64,000 nucleotides of DNA from an uncultured bacterium (lineage in GTDB: Bacteria; Actinomycetota; Actinomycetes; JAVEEB01): NCBI GenBank assembly GCA_964236265.1, contig CAXSDE010000001.1, positions 84,614-148,613 on the forward strand. The letters run 5' to 3'. A program made the position numbers and the translations under genes. This document shows positions 21,322-29,576 of this stretch, piece by piece; within the stretch, counting starts at the first letter, position 1, and each line of letters opens with the position of its first letter. A model generated the notes under the pieces. It saw only the letters and a list, made by a program, of their open reading frames with translations, was not told where the DNA came from and did no database searches.

Positions 21322-21518
21322 CACAGTCTCTCGACCGCCCGTCCGATCGCGCCGAGAACGGCGAACACGAGGCCGGTGAGCAGAACGAACACGACGTCCA
21401 TGAGGGGATGACTCCAGAGACGACCCGTTAGGGGACCATCGGCGCGGTGCCGACTACGGCAAGTAGACCGCATCGTCGCGACCGTCGGTCAACGCCGTGC
21501 GCGTTGCTCGCGCCGTCC

Positions 21519-21554
21519 TCACGCGTTGTTCACACCTCACGCGTTGTTCACACC
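21519..21554. promoter_or_regulatory. Perfect 18-bp tandem direct repeat (tcacgcgttgttcacacc x2, then a partial third copy) about 200 bp upstream of kdpF. Candidate KdpE binding site.
   Basis: Seen directly. Lies between the MFS stop (21606) and the kdpF start (21321). Confidence 0.35.
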
Positions 21555-21605
21555 TGACGCTCACGCGGCCGGGTGCCGACACCACGGGCGGAGCAGCGCG
21601 CGGGC

Positions 21606-22898
21606 CTACGGCGGTGGACCGGCCAGCCCGGCGACGGCGCCGCGCGGGAGCCCGCGGATCGACGGCAGGCACGCGATCGCGGCCGACGCGGTGACGCCGA
21701 TGACGGACATGCCGATCAGCGCCGGTCGCAACCCGACCGCGGCGCTGACGAGCCCCGCGACGACGTTGCCGAGCGGGATGGCGCCGACGCTGGTGAGGTA
21801 GTCGTAGCTCGAGACGCGTGAGAGCGCGGAGTCGGGGATGTGTTCCTGCTGCGAGGTGTCCCACAGTGTGAAGGCACCGGTGACACAGACACCGGCCGCG
21901 ACCTCGAGGGCGGCGATGGCCCACACCGACAAGCCGCTGCCGATGATCCCCGCCTGGCAGGAGGCCCCGACGAGCAGCACCGCCGCCACCCGCATCGCAA
22001 ACCGGGGCCGCCAGCGCAACAGCAGCACATTGCCCAGCATCGAGCCCACGCCGAAGCCGGCCGTGATGACCGACCACGAACGAGCGCCGGCCATCTCGCG
22101 GTCGGCGAGCACCGGCCCCAGCACGAAGATGGCCGGCAGCACGACGGCGTGGTAGATGCCGAGACCGACGAGAAACGCGCGCAGCCACGGGCGCCGAGCC
22201 ACCTCGCGCCAGCCCTCGCGCAGGCTGACCCGGAAACTCGGATGCGCGCCGGTCGCCATCGGGGGTCCGCCGGTTGCCGGTCGCACGCGCAGCCGCAGAA
22301 GACAACCCACCGAGAACGCGAACGTGGCCGCGTCGACCAGGACCGCGACGCCCGGCCCACCGGCGTACGCGATCAGCAGTCCCGCGAGGACCGGCCCGAG
22401 GATCGATCCGGTCGCGTACGTCACGCCGAGCAGCGCGTTGGCGGCCTGGAGATTGTGCGCCGCGACGGTGCGCGGCATCAGGCCCGTGAACGCGGGCGCG
22501 AAGAACGCATCGGCCGCGCCGTAGATGGCGGCGAGTGTCGCCAGCGACCCAACCCCGGCCGTGCCTGTCAGCAGCAGCACCCCCGCTACGATCTGGCAGA
22601 CGAAGCGGCTCACGTCAGAGGCGATCAGGATCCGTTTGCGGTCGAGCCGGTCAGCCCAGACACCCGCCGGCAGGGCCAGCACCGCGAACGGCAGGAACTG
22701 CGCCGTCGACACCAGCGCGACGCCGCGGAGGCCGCCGCCAACGGCGAGCACGGCGAACGGCAGGACGACGCCGGTCATCCGGTCGCCCAGGATGGACAGC
22801 AACTGGCCGGTGAACAGCAGCCGGTAGGGCCGCTCCTCCCGCAGGACCGCCGGGAGCCGCGGGCGGCTTCTGGAGCGGCGGGCGGCTTCGGTCGTCAT
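21606..22898 (-). CDS. MFS transporter (EntS/DHA3-like).
   Basis: 430 aa, 12 predicted TM helices. N-terminus YRLLFTGQLLSILGDRMTGVVLPFAVL. Confidence 0.8.
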   Translation of the reverse strand: MTTEAARRSRSRPRLPAVLREERPYRLLFTGQLLSILGDRMTGVVLPFAVLAVGGGLRGVALVSTAQFLPFAVLALPAGVWADRLDRKRILIASDVSRFVCQIVAGVLLLTGTAGVGSLATLAAIYGAADAFFAPAFTGLMPRTVAAHNLQAANALLGVTYATGSILGPVLAGLLIAYAGGPGVAVLVDAATFAFSVGCLLRLRVRPATGGPPMATGAHPSFRVSLREGWREVARRPWLRAFLVGLGIYHAVVLPAIFVLGPVLADREMAGARSWSVITAGFGVGSMLGNVLLLRWRPRFAMRVAAVLLVGASCQAGIIGSGLSVWAIAALEVAAGVCVTGAFTLWDTSQQEHIPDSALSRVSSYDYLTSVGAIPLGNVVAGLVSAAVGLRPALIGMSVIGVTASAAIACLPSIRGLPRGAVAGLAGPPP

Positions 22899-22947
22899 GG
22901 TGCGGTGAGCCTGTCACGTCCGCGCCCTCACCCGGGACACGCGACCG

Positions 22948-23421
22948 TCACATCGAGGGGGCGCTCGCCGCCGGGATCCAGGCCGTGCCGTCCCACCACC
23001 ATTGCCGGTCGGGACTCCACTGCGGCGGTGCGGTGGGGGCCGCCTGCTGGGCGTGCGGCTGCTGCGCCGGGACGTGCGGTTGCCCGTACTGGTGCTGCGG
23101 CGGCAGGAAGTGGCCCGCGTGCCCGGGGTGCCCCTGTCCCGGGTGCCCCTGCATGGCGAGCGCCGCTGCGGACGCCGCCGGGTAGCCGTACGCAATCCCG
23201 CCCTGCGGCGGCAGCGCGTTCATGGCCAGGTAGCGGCCGCGGGCGACGAGGAAGCACGGAAAGCCGATGACCCAGATGAGCAACGTGCACAGCACGTACG
23301 ACGCGACGCCCATGTCGAGCGGGCCGCCCCCGAGCCGCCCTCGACGAAAGCCGAGCCTACTGGCGTCGAAGCCGACCCACACGGCACAGCCCACAACGGC
23401 GAGCCAAACGATTCCCTGCAC
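22948..23421 (-). CDS. Hypothetical membrane protein with a Pro/Gln/His-rich C-terminal tail.
   Basis: Two hydrophobic helices followed by PQGGIAYGYP...GHPGQGHPGHAGH...QWSPDRQWWWDG. Confidence 0.45.
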   Translation of the reverse strand: MQGIVWLAVVGCAVWVGFDASRLGFRRGRLGGGPLDMGVASYVLCTLLIWVIGFPCFLVARGRYLAMNALPPQGGIAYGYPAASAAALAMQGHPGQGHPGHAGHFLPPQHQYGQPHVPAQQPHAQQAAPTAPPQWSPDRQWWWDGTAWIPAASAPSM

Positions 23422-23515
23422 GTGTCACCCATCGATGTCGGTATCACCCGGACATCGGCGGCCCGCCCCCTTGCCTGTAGGCCCGCGGGGCAGCATTGCG
23501 GCGGCGGGAACTGGC

Positions 23516-24265
23516 CTAGGACAGCAGTGGCAGCACCGGCGCCAGGTCCGCCCGGATGCCGCTCGGGCGGGCGCGGCCATCGCTCACGGCGTCGGCCCAC
23601 CGCAGCCGGCCGCCGGCGAGGAGCAGCCAGGTGACGCCGTCGCATTCGACCGTGTTCGGCGGCGTGCCGCGCGTGTGGGTCGGTCCTTGGATGCATTGCA
23701 CGGCCGCGTACGGCGGGACGCGCACTTCGACGCTGCGGCCGGGATGGCGCATCGCCAGCACGTCGAGCAGCGAGCGCACCACGATGCGGGTGCAGGTGTC
23801 GTCGAGCGGCGCCGCCGGGATAAGGTCGAGCGAATGCAGCGTCACTTCGACGCAGCGCGTGATGAGGATGTCATCGACGCGCATCGGACCGCGCCTCGTC
23901 TCCAGCACATCGTCGGGCGAGAGTTCGGCCACGCGGGCCGCGTTGGCGACGACCCGCAGCCGCAGCTCCGCGATCGTCCCGGCGTCGGTGCGCGCCGATG
24001 CGTCGATGTCGGCGGCCGCTCCGGGGATCGCGGCGGCCCAGCCGTTGACGTCGATCCTCGCGCGCGTGCCCGTCTCCGGGGAGTCGAGCACCACACCCAG
24101 ACCGCGCACGAGGTGCGTGACCATCTCGCGGTTGTGCCAGCCCGGAATGCGCGTCGGGACGTTCGGGTCAGTGGTGGCGAGCGCGTCGACGAGCAGCTCG
24201 GTCTGCGCGAGGAAACCGCGGGTCAGATCGTCGTACGACGGGCGGAACGCGCGCGGCCCGGCCAT
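23516..24265 (-). CDS. DinB/MDMPI-fold protein (maleylpyruvate isomerase N-terminal domain family, TIGR03083-like).
   Basis: N-terminal ...TRIPGWHNREMVTHLVRG... pattern. 249 aa. Sits between purL and the MFS gene. Confidence 0.55.
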   Translation of the reverse strand: MAGPRAFRPSYDDLTRGFLAQTELLVDALATTDPNVPTRIPGWHNREMVTHLVRGLGVVLDSPETGTRARIDVNGWAAAIPGAAADIDASARTDAGTIAELRLRVVANAARVAELSPDDVLETRRGPMRVDDILITRCVEVTLHSLDLIPAAPLDDTCTRIVVRSLLDVLAMRHPGRSVEVRVPPYAAVQCIQGPTHTRGTPPNTVECDGVTWLLLAGGRLRWADAVSDGRARPSGIRADLAPVLPLLS

Positions 24266-24267
24266 CC

Positions 24268-26550
24268 TCAGCCGAACAGCTGCGGCAACGTGCCGGTGTG
24301 GGCCTCGTACAGCTCATCGAGGGGCACCTCGAACAGTCCCGCCACGACGAGGCCTTCGCCGCCCGTGACACCTAGCTTCGTCACGACGATTCCGTGCTCG
24401 GCAGCGACCCCGGCGAGTGCCGGCGCAGAGTCCGGCTGGACCGCGACGATCGCCCGCGCGACGCTCTCGCTGAACAGGGCGACGAAGGGATCGACACCCG
24501 CGGGCAACGTGACGGTCGCGCCGACGCCGTAGCGCAGGCACGCCTCGACGAGCGTCTGGGCGAGACCACCATCGGAAAGGTCGTGCGCCGCGGTAACGAG
24601 CCGGCCGCGGGAAGCCTCGTGCAGCACGCGAGCCAGCCGGCGTTCTGCGTCCAGGTCGACCTGCGGCGGCACGCCACCGAGGTGGCCGTGGACGACGTGC
24701 GCCCACTCCGAGCCGCCGAAGTCGTCGCGCGTCGTGCCGAGGAGCCAGATCTGCAGGCCGTCGGCCTGCCACCCGCTCGCGAGCCGCCGGGCGACATCGT
24801 CGATGACGCCCAGCACGCCGATGACAGGTGTCGGGTGCACGGCCGTCGAGCCGGTCTGGTTGTAGAAGCTGACGTTGCCGCCGGTCACCGGAGTGCCGAG
24901 CTCGAGACACGCATCGGCCAGACCGGTGACGGCCTGTTCGAACTGCCACATCACCTCGGGGTCCTCCGGCGAGCCGAAGTTGAGGCAGTTGGTGACGGCG
25001 ATCGGCTCCGCGCCGCTCGTGGCGACGTTGCGGTAGGCCTCCGACAGCGCGAGCTGCGCGCCGGCGTAGGGGTCGAGCTTTCCGTAGCGCCCGTTGCCAT
25101 CCGTGGCGAGCGCGATCCCGCGGCCGGTGGTTTCATCGAGTCGGATCACCCCCGCGTCGTCGGGTTGCGCGAGAGTGGTGTTGCCGAGGACGAAGCGGTC
25201 GTACTGGTCCGTGACCCACGCGCGCGAGCACAGGTTGGGTGACGCCACCAGCTGCAGCAGGGTGTCGCGCAGTTCGTCGCCGGTCGCCGCTCGCGGCAGC
25301 GCGGTCGGCACGTCCGCCTGCAGCGCGTCGATCCAGGCCGGCTTGGCGATCGGACGGTGGTAGACCGGACCGTCGTGCGCGAGCGGACGCGGCTCGAGGT
25401 CGACGACGAGCTCGCCGTGCCACGTCATCTGCAGCATGGTGCCGTCGGTGACCTCGCCGATGACCGTGGCCGGCGCGCCCCAGCGGGCGCAGACGTCCAG
25501 CACCGCTTGGGTATTTTCCGGGGTGACGATGGCGAGCATGCGCTCCTGCGACTCGCTCATCAGCATTTCGAGCGGCACCATCGATGCCTCGCGCAGCGGC
25601 ACACGCTCGAGGTAGATGTGCATGCCGCCGTCACCGGCGGCCGCGGTCTCCGTGGTCGCGCACGTCAGGCCGGCGGCGCCGAGGTCCTGAATGCCGGTCA
25701 CGAGGTCGCGCTCGAAGAGCTCGAGGCAGCACTCGATGAGCACCTTCTCGGTGAACGGGTCGCCGACCTGCACGCTCGGGCGCTTCGCCGGGCCGCCGTC
25801 ATCTTCGAACGTCGCACTCGCCAGGATCGACGCGCCGCCCATGCCGTCGCGGCCGGTCTTCGCCCCGATCAGGACGACGGAGTTGCCCGCGCCTTCCGCC
25901 TTCGCATACTTGATGCCGGAGCTCGGCAGCACCCCCACGCACAAGGCGTTCACGAGCGGATTTCCCTGGTAGGACGTGTCGAACACGACCTCGCCGCCCA
26001 CGTTGGGCAGACCCACGCAGTTACCGTAACCGCCGACGCCGCTGACGATCCCGTGCACGAGCCGGGCGGTATCGGGGTCGGCCGGGTCGCCGAAGCGCAA
26101 CGAGTCCATGACCGCGATCGGCCGGGCACCCATCGTGAGGATGTCGCGGATGATTCCACCGACCCCCGTTGCGGCTCCCTGGTAGGGCTCGACGTACGAC
26201 GGATGATTGTGGCTCTCGATCTTGAACGTCACCGCGATGCCGTTGCCGATGTCGACGACACCCGCGTTCTCGCCCATGCCGACGAGCAGGTGCTCACTTT
26301 TCGGGGCCTTGTCACTGAACTGGCGCAGATGCACCTTGCTCGACTTGTAGGAGCAGTGCTCGCTCCACATCACGCTGTACATGGCGAGCTCGGTGTCGGT
26401 CGGGCGACGGCCGAGAATCTCCTTGATGCGCAGGTATTCGTCGTCGGCGACACCCAGCTCACGGTAACGCTGCTGACGGTCCGGCGACGCGGTCGCGATC
26501 TCGACGGTGTCGAGGATCGCCTCGACGTGCGGGGTCGTCGCCGTTGTCAC
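24268..26550 (-). CDS. purL: Phosphoribosylformylglycinamidine synthase subunit PurL (FGAM synthase II).
   Basis: 760 aa. ...[17 protein letters not shown]... plus duplicated AIRS/AIRS_C domains. Overlaps the purQ stop by 4 bp. Confidence 0.96.
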   Translation of the reverse strand: MTTATTPHVEAILDTVEIATASPDRQQRYRELGVADDEYLRIKEILGRRPTDTELAMYSVMWSEHCSYKSSKVHLRQFSDKAPKSEHLLVGMGENAGVVDIGNGIAVTFKIESHNHPSYVEPYQGAATGVGGIIRDILTMGARPIAVMDSLRFGDPADPDTARLVHGIVSGVGGYGNCVGLPNVGGEVVFDTSYQGNPLVNALCVGVLPSSGIKYAKAEGAGNSVVLIGAKTGRDGMGGASILASATFEDDGGPAKRPSVQVGDPFTEKVLIECCLELFERDLVTGIQDLGAAGLTCATTETAAAGDGGMHIYLERVPLREASMVPLEMLMSESQERMLAIVTPENTQAVLDVCARWGAPATVIGEVTDGTMLQMTWHGELVVDLEPRPLAHDGPVYHRPIAKPAWIDALQADVPTALPRAATGDELRDTLLQLVASPNLCSRAWVTDQYDRFVLGNTTLAQPDDAGVIRLDETTGRGIALATDGNGRYGKLDPYAGAQLALSEAYRNVATSGAEPIAVTNCLNFGSPEDPEVMWQFEQAVTGLADACLELGTPVTGGNVSFYNQTGSTAVHPTPVIGVLGVIDDVARRLASGWQADGLQIWLLGTTRDDFGGSEWAHVVHGHLGGVPPQVDLDAERRLARVLHEASRGRLVTAAHDLSDGGLAQTLVEACLRYGVGATVTLPAGVDPFVALFSESVARAIVAVQPDSAPALAGVAAEHGIVVTKLGVTGGEGLVVAGLFEVPLDELYEAHTGTLPQLFG

Positions 26551-27224
26551 GCGTTCACCAATCGCCGGAGGATGCTCGTGAAGAAGCCGAGGCCGTCCGC
26601 GCTCGTGCCCGTCAGCGCGTCGATGGCATGCTCCGGGTGCGGCATGATGCCAACCACGTTGCCGGCCTCGTTGGTGATGCCGGCGATGTCGCGGGCGGAC
26701 CCGTTGGGGTTGCCGCCGGAGTAATACGCGATGACGCGCGCGTTGCTCTCGAGCTCATCGAGGGTGGCCTCATCGGCGACATAGCGGCCGTCGATGTTCT
26801 TGATGGGGATGCGGATCTCCTGACCGGCGGTGTAGTCACTCGTCCAGGCGCTGCCCGCGTTGGCGATCTCGAGGGTCTGGTCGCGGCAGATGAAGTGCAG
26901 TTTCTCGTTGCGCATCAGCGCGCCCGGCAGTAGGTGCGACTCCATGAGGATCTGGAATCCGTTGCAGATGCCGAGCACGGGAAGGCCAGTCGTCGCCGCG
27001 GTCTTGATCGACCCGACGATGGGCGAGAGCGCCGCGATGGCGCCGCAGCGGAGATAGTCGCCGTACGAGAAGCCACCTGGAAGGACGACGGCGTCGACGC
27101 CGGACAGATCCGTGTCGGCGTGCCAGAGCCGGACCGCTTGGCCCCCGCCCGCCGTGACGGCCCGCTGGGCGTCCCCGTCGTCGAGTGATCCGGGGAAGGT
27201 GACGACACCCACGCGGGCAGTCAT
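26547..27224 (-). CDS. purQ: FGAM synthase glutaminase subunit PurQ.
   Basis: [18 protein letters not shown]...[13 protein letters not shown]... Class-I glutamine amidotransferase with the Cys-His-Glu triad region. Confidence 0.93.
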   Translation of the reverse strand: MTARVGVVTFPGSLDDGDAQRAVTAGGGQAVRLWHADTDLSGVDAVVLPGGFSYGDYLRCGAIAALSPIVGSIKTAATTGLPVLGICNGFQILMESHLLPGALMRNEKLHFICRDQTLEIANAGSAWTSDYTAGQEIRIPIKNIDGRYVADEATLDELESNARVIAYYSGGNPNGSARDIAGITNEAGNVVGIMPHPEHAIDALTGTSADGLGFFTSILRRLVNA

Positions 27225-27284
27225 TCTGGCGTGCTCCAAGCGGTTGGGGACGCGCCCAGCCTACCGGGTGGACGGGTCCGGCCC

Positions 27285-27773
27285 TCAGCCGTAGGCGGGG
27301 CGCGCCGTCGCGGGGCGGTCGCGGTCCTCCTGGTCGAGGCGCTTGCCGATCGCATCCGGCGACGACCAGAGCAGAGCCTTCTCCATGTGGACGATCGTGC
27401 CGGCCTCCGGCCTGTTGCTGAAGGTGATCGTGTCGACGAGGTGCTGCATCAACAGCATGCCGCGGCCCTGCTCCGCCGTCGGCGGAGCGGTCAGCTCGGC
27501 CAGTGACGACGAGTCGAAGCCGTGCCCGGCGTCCACGACCTCGATGACGCACCGCTCGCCGTCGATGCCGGCGGAAACGAAATAGTCGTCGCCGCTGGCC
27601 GCATGGAGCAGCACGTTGGTGCACGCCTCGGACAAGGCGGTCTCGATGTCCTCGATGCACTCCTCGGCGACCTCGAGGGTGCGCAGCGACTGCGTCGTGA
27701 GATGCCGGATGACGGACACGGACACGGAGTCGCGCGGCAGCGACAGGCTGACCTTGATCTCCACGGGCGGCAC
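27285..27773 (-). CDS. Anti-sigma regulatory factor / Ser kinase (HATPase_c_2, RsbW/SpoIIAB-like), inserted between purS and purQ.
   Basis: ...TALSEACTNVLLHAASGDDYFVSAGIDGERCVIEVVDAGHGF...EQGRGMLLMQHLVDTITF... is a Bergerat-fold kinase signature. Confidence 0.7.
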   Translation of the reverse strand: MPPVEIKVSLSLPRDSVSVSVIRHLTTQSLRTLEVAEECIEDIETALSEACTNVLLHAASGDDYFVSAGIDGERCVIEVVDAGHGFDSSSLAELTAPPTAEQGRGMLLMQHLVDTITFSNRPEAGTIVHMEKALLWSSPDAIGKRLDQEDRDRPATARPAYG

Positions 27774-27845
27774 CTCCGGACTCTCCGAGTTGTCACGCGG
27801 AACGTCCCCTCGCCTGCCGCAGTCAACCGTGAGCGACGGCCTGCA

Positions 27846-28091
27846 TCAGCCCTCGACGCGCACCACGTAGTCCTCGATGACCGGGTTGGCGAGGAGCGTG
27901 TCGGCGAGCCGGCGCACCTCTGCCAGAGCCGTGTCGTCCGCGTCTGCGTCGAGCTCCACCTCGAAGCGCTTGCCCTGCCGCACGCTCACGACACCACCGA
28001 AGCCCAGCCGCCCGATGGCCCCGATGATCGCCTGCCCCTGGGGGTCGAGGATCTCCGGCTTGAGCATGACGTCCACAACGACTCGTGACAT
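27846..28091 (-). CDS. purS: FGAM synthase PurS subunit.
   Basis: 81 aa. MSRVVVDVMLKPEILDPQGQAI...RQGKRFEVELD... is classic PurS. Confidence 0.9.
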   Translation of the reverse strand: MSRVVVDVMLKPEILDPQGQAIIGAIGRLGFGGVVSVRQGKRFEVELDADADDTALAEVRRLADTLLANPVIEDYVVRVEG

Positions 28092-28276
28092 GCGGCGCAG
28101 CTTATCGCGCGGGCTTCCGGAACCCGAAATGGCCGAATCCAGGCGTCAGAAGCAGTCTGTGGACAACTTTTTCACGGCCTCCGGATTCCTGGCACTGTCT
28201 TCTTCAGCACCACGCCACACACCGACACAACGACCCGGACGCGACTGCGGCACCGGGGGAGCCGAAGGAGACAGTC

Positions 28277-28570
28277 ATGTCGAACGTCAAGGTCACTTAC
28301 CAGGAAATGCGCACCGCCGGTGACAAGCTCAACACCGGCAAGGACGAGATCTTCCAGAACCTCGACCACCTCAAGCGCGAGATCGAGAACCTGCTGCAGG
28401 CGGGCTACGTCACCAGCAACTCCTCCGGCAAGTTCCAGCACTCCTACGAGACGTTCAACACGGGTGCTCGCGCCGTGCTCGAGGGACTGACGGAGATGTC
28501 CGGCTATCTGCACACGGCGGCGCACACGTTCGAGGAAGCCGACACGTTGCTCGCGGGCAAGCTCGCCTAG
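28277..28570 (+). CDS. WXG100/ESAT-6-like small helical protein (97 aa). The canonical W-x-G is replaced by Y-V-T...G. Monocistronic.
   Basis: MSNVKVTYQEMRTAGDKLNTGKDEIFQNLDHLKREIENLLQAGYVTSNSSGKFQHSYETFNTGARAVLEGLTEMSGYLHTAAHTFEEADTLLAGKLA has a helix-turn-helix hairpin pattern like EsxA/YukE. Strong RBS (aaggagacagtcATG). A perfect terminator lies 26 nt downstream. Confidence 0.55.
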   Translation: MSNVKVTYQEMRTAGDKLNTGKDEIFQNLDHLKREIENLLQAGYVTSNSSGKFQHSYETFNTGARAVLEGLTEMSGYLHTAAHTFEEADTLLAGKLA

Positions 28571-28595
28571 CCACCTCGGACAAACCGCACCACCG

Positions 28596-28636
28596 CACAA
28601 GGGCACGGCCGGCTGGCCGTGCCCTTGTGCGTTTCC
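28596..28636 (+). terminator. Rho-independent terminator after the WXG100-like gene.
   Basis: Perfect 15-bp GC-rich stem cacaagggcacggcc / ggccgtgcccttgtg with loop ggct, followed by cgtttcc. Confidence 0.6.
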
Positions 28637-28772
28637 GGCCGAGTCGGGCGTTTCCGGGCCGGGCGTCCGCGCGGGCGTGCGGGCGGGCGTCCAGGCGGGC
28701 CGGCGGGGCGGCGAACGCGTTGACATGTCGCGGTCTCTGGCCCGCGATATCTCAACGCGTCTTGGGTGACGA

Positions 28773-29333
28773 TCAGCGCGGCGGGTACTTAGCCGCCAGC
28801 TTCCGAATCGTTGTCATATTGCGCGCGGTGCCCTCGCCGTTGACGGACAGTCGGCGTACGACGGAGGGCGGCAACGTGGTGTCCGTCATCCGGCCGTGAC
28901 GCAGCCAGTAGAACTCCCGCTGACCGAAGGCGAACCGGTCCTCGTCGTTTGCCGCACCGAGGAGTGCATCGCGGAGGCTCGCGTCCGGCGCCACGCGAAG
29001 GAAGGTGACGTGCAGGGCGTGAGTGTCGTCGCGGTCGACGCCCGGAAAGGGGTCGTACGCCGCGATGGCCGCGAGCTCGCTCTCGGTGCGCAGGAAGGTC
29101 GCCACGGAAAAACCGAGCGCCGCGTGCAGCACACGTTCCAGAGCGACCTCGAGAGCGTCCGACCTCTCGCGGGACCCCGTTGACGCGAGGATGTTGCCGC
29201 TGGCAAGGAAGGTTTCGACGCCCGTGAATCCGGCGGCCTCGAACGGCGCGACGAAGTCGGCCTTCCTCACGTTCCGGCCGCGGACGTTGATGCCGCGCAG
29301 GAACGCCACGTAACGAACCGTCATGCGAGCCAT
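28773..29333 (-). CDS. DUF1697-family protein.
   Basis: MARMTVRYVAFLRGINVRGRNVRKADFVAPFEAAGFTGVETFLASGNILAS... matches DUF1697 N-termini. The longer ORF-track N-terminal extension is translated from the intergenic repeats and is unlikely to be real. Confidence 0.7.
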   Translation of the reverse strand: MARMTVRYVAFLRGINVRGRNVRKADFVAPFEAAGFTGVETFLASGNILASTGSRERSDALEVALERVLHAALGFSVATFLRTESELAAIAAYDPFPGVDRDDTHALHVTFLRVAPDASLRDALLGAANDEDRFAFGQREFYWLRHGRMTDTTLPPSVVRRLSVNGEGTARNMTTIRKLAAKYPPR

Positions 29334-29366
29334 GCTGCCAGGATCGCCCGACGACGCCAGGCGCGG

Positions 29367-29429
29367 GACGTGCCGACAGGCGCGGCGGACGTGCCGGCAG
29401 GCGGGCCGGACGTGCCGGCAGGGGGGCCG
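29367..29429. repeat. Three tandem 21-bp direct repeats (ggacgtgccg[a/g]cagg[c/g]g[c/g]gg[c]c) in the divergent DUF1697 / pilin-operon promoter region.
   Basis: Seen directly. A 21-bp period is two helical turns. About 150 bp upstream of the pilin-like gene 1 start. Confidence 0.75.
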
Positions 29430-29576
29430 TGGGTGGCGAGCGGCGGCGCGATCAAGCGCGGGCAGGCTCGAGCGGGCCAAAGATTACTCCGAACGCTGCT
29501 AAAGCGCTCTGATGGCTGGGCCGACCTTCAACTCACGTGCGCCCGGGATTGACCCGGCCGCGCTGGAGGGAGTCCC

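Noticed and set aside
28092-28276. Possible riboswitch in the 185-nt region between purS and the WXG100-like gene.
   Set aside because: purS is on the opposite strand, so this is a divergent promoter region and not a purS leader. No conserved riboswitch core (for example a purine or ZTP fold) is discernible by eye. The region just looks like two promoters.
28722-28770. TTGACA hexamer and TCGCGG-N9-CCGCGA imperfect palindrome just downstream of the WXG100 terminator.
   Set aside because: No acceptable -10 element lies at 16-19 bp spacing. The sequence overlaps the 3' end of the convergent DUF1697 gene. It is more likely part of a bidirectional termination region than a promoter.
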